The notes below the pieces were generated by a model. The model did no database searches and was not told the DNA's origin. It saw nothing but the letters and a program-made list of their open reading frames with translations. Shown in pieces: positions 63,914 to 64,000 of a stretch of DNA of 64,000 nucleotides (positions are counted from its first letter, which is position 1; every line of letters starts with the position of its first letter). The stretch is from Octopus vulgaris (taxonomy: Eukaryota). Made by a program: the position numbers and the translations under genes. The DNA is taken from positions 29,078,001 to 29,142,000 of the forward strand of contig OX597839.1 in NCBI GenBank assembly GCA_951406725.2. Reading direction: 5' to 3'.

Positions 63914-64000
63914 CTTGGGGAAATTTCAAACCTGGGTTCTCATTCCTAAAGTATTTTTTGATGTTATTATTATTATTATTATCATTATATTATTATTATT

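Noticed and set aside
61690-64000. Upstream GRK RH-domain exons
   Set aside because: No matching exon with splice sites found; they presumably lie beyond the window.

Overview
Eukaryotic, AT- and microsatellite-rich DNA, most likely an octopus (inferred from the SINE families and the kinase sequence). The whole window lies inside one minus-strand gene, a GRK2/3 (beta-ARK)-type G protein-coupled receptor kinase, possibly the cephalopod 'rhodopsin kinase'. I assembled 11 phase-compatible GT-AG exons (61685 down to 6495, 1210 nt) covering the end of the RH domain, the full kinase domain and its C-tail. The N-terminus and PH domain are not in the window. The introns hold tRNA-derived SINEs, MITEs, a mariner remnant, RTE fragments and a 3.8-kb 41-bp tandem array that grew inside a SINE; this array explains the giant ORFs in the track. 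Most notable: (1) about a dozen minimal type I hammerhead-ribozyme motifs from several unrelated short elements, some near-intact on the pre-mRNA strand, three sharing a downstream hairpin; (2) an in-frame, non-PH exon candidate where the PH exon is expected; (3) a 192-bp near-perfect inverted repeat; (4) a cysteine-string alternative first exon candidate. Everything was read by eye; no searches were run.
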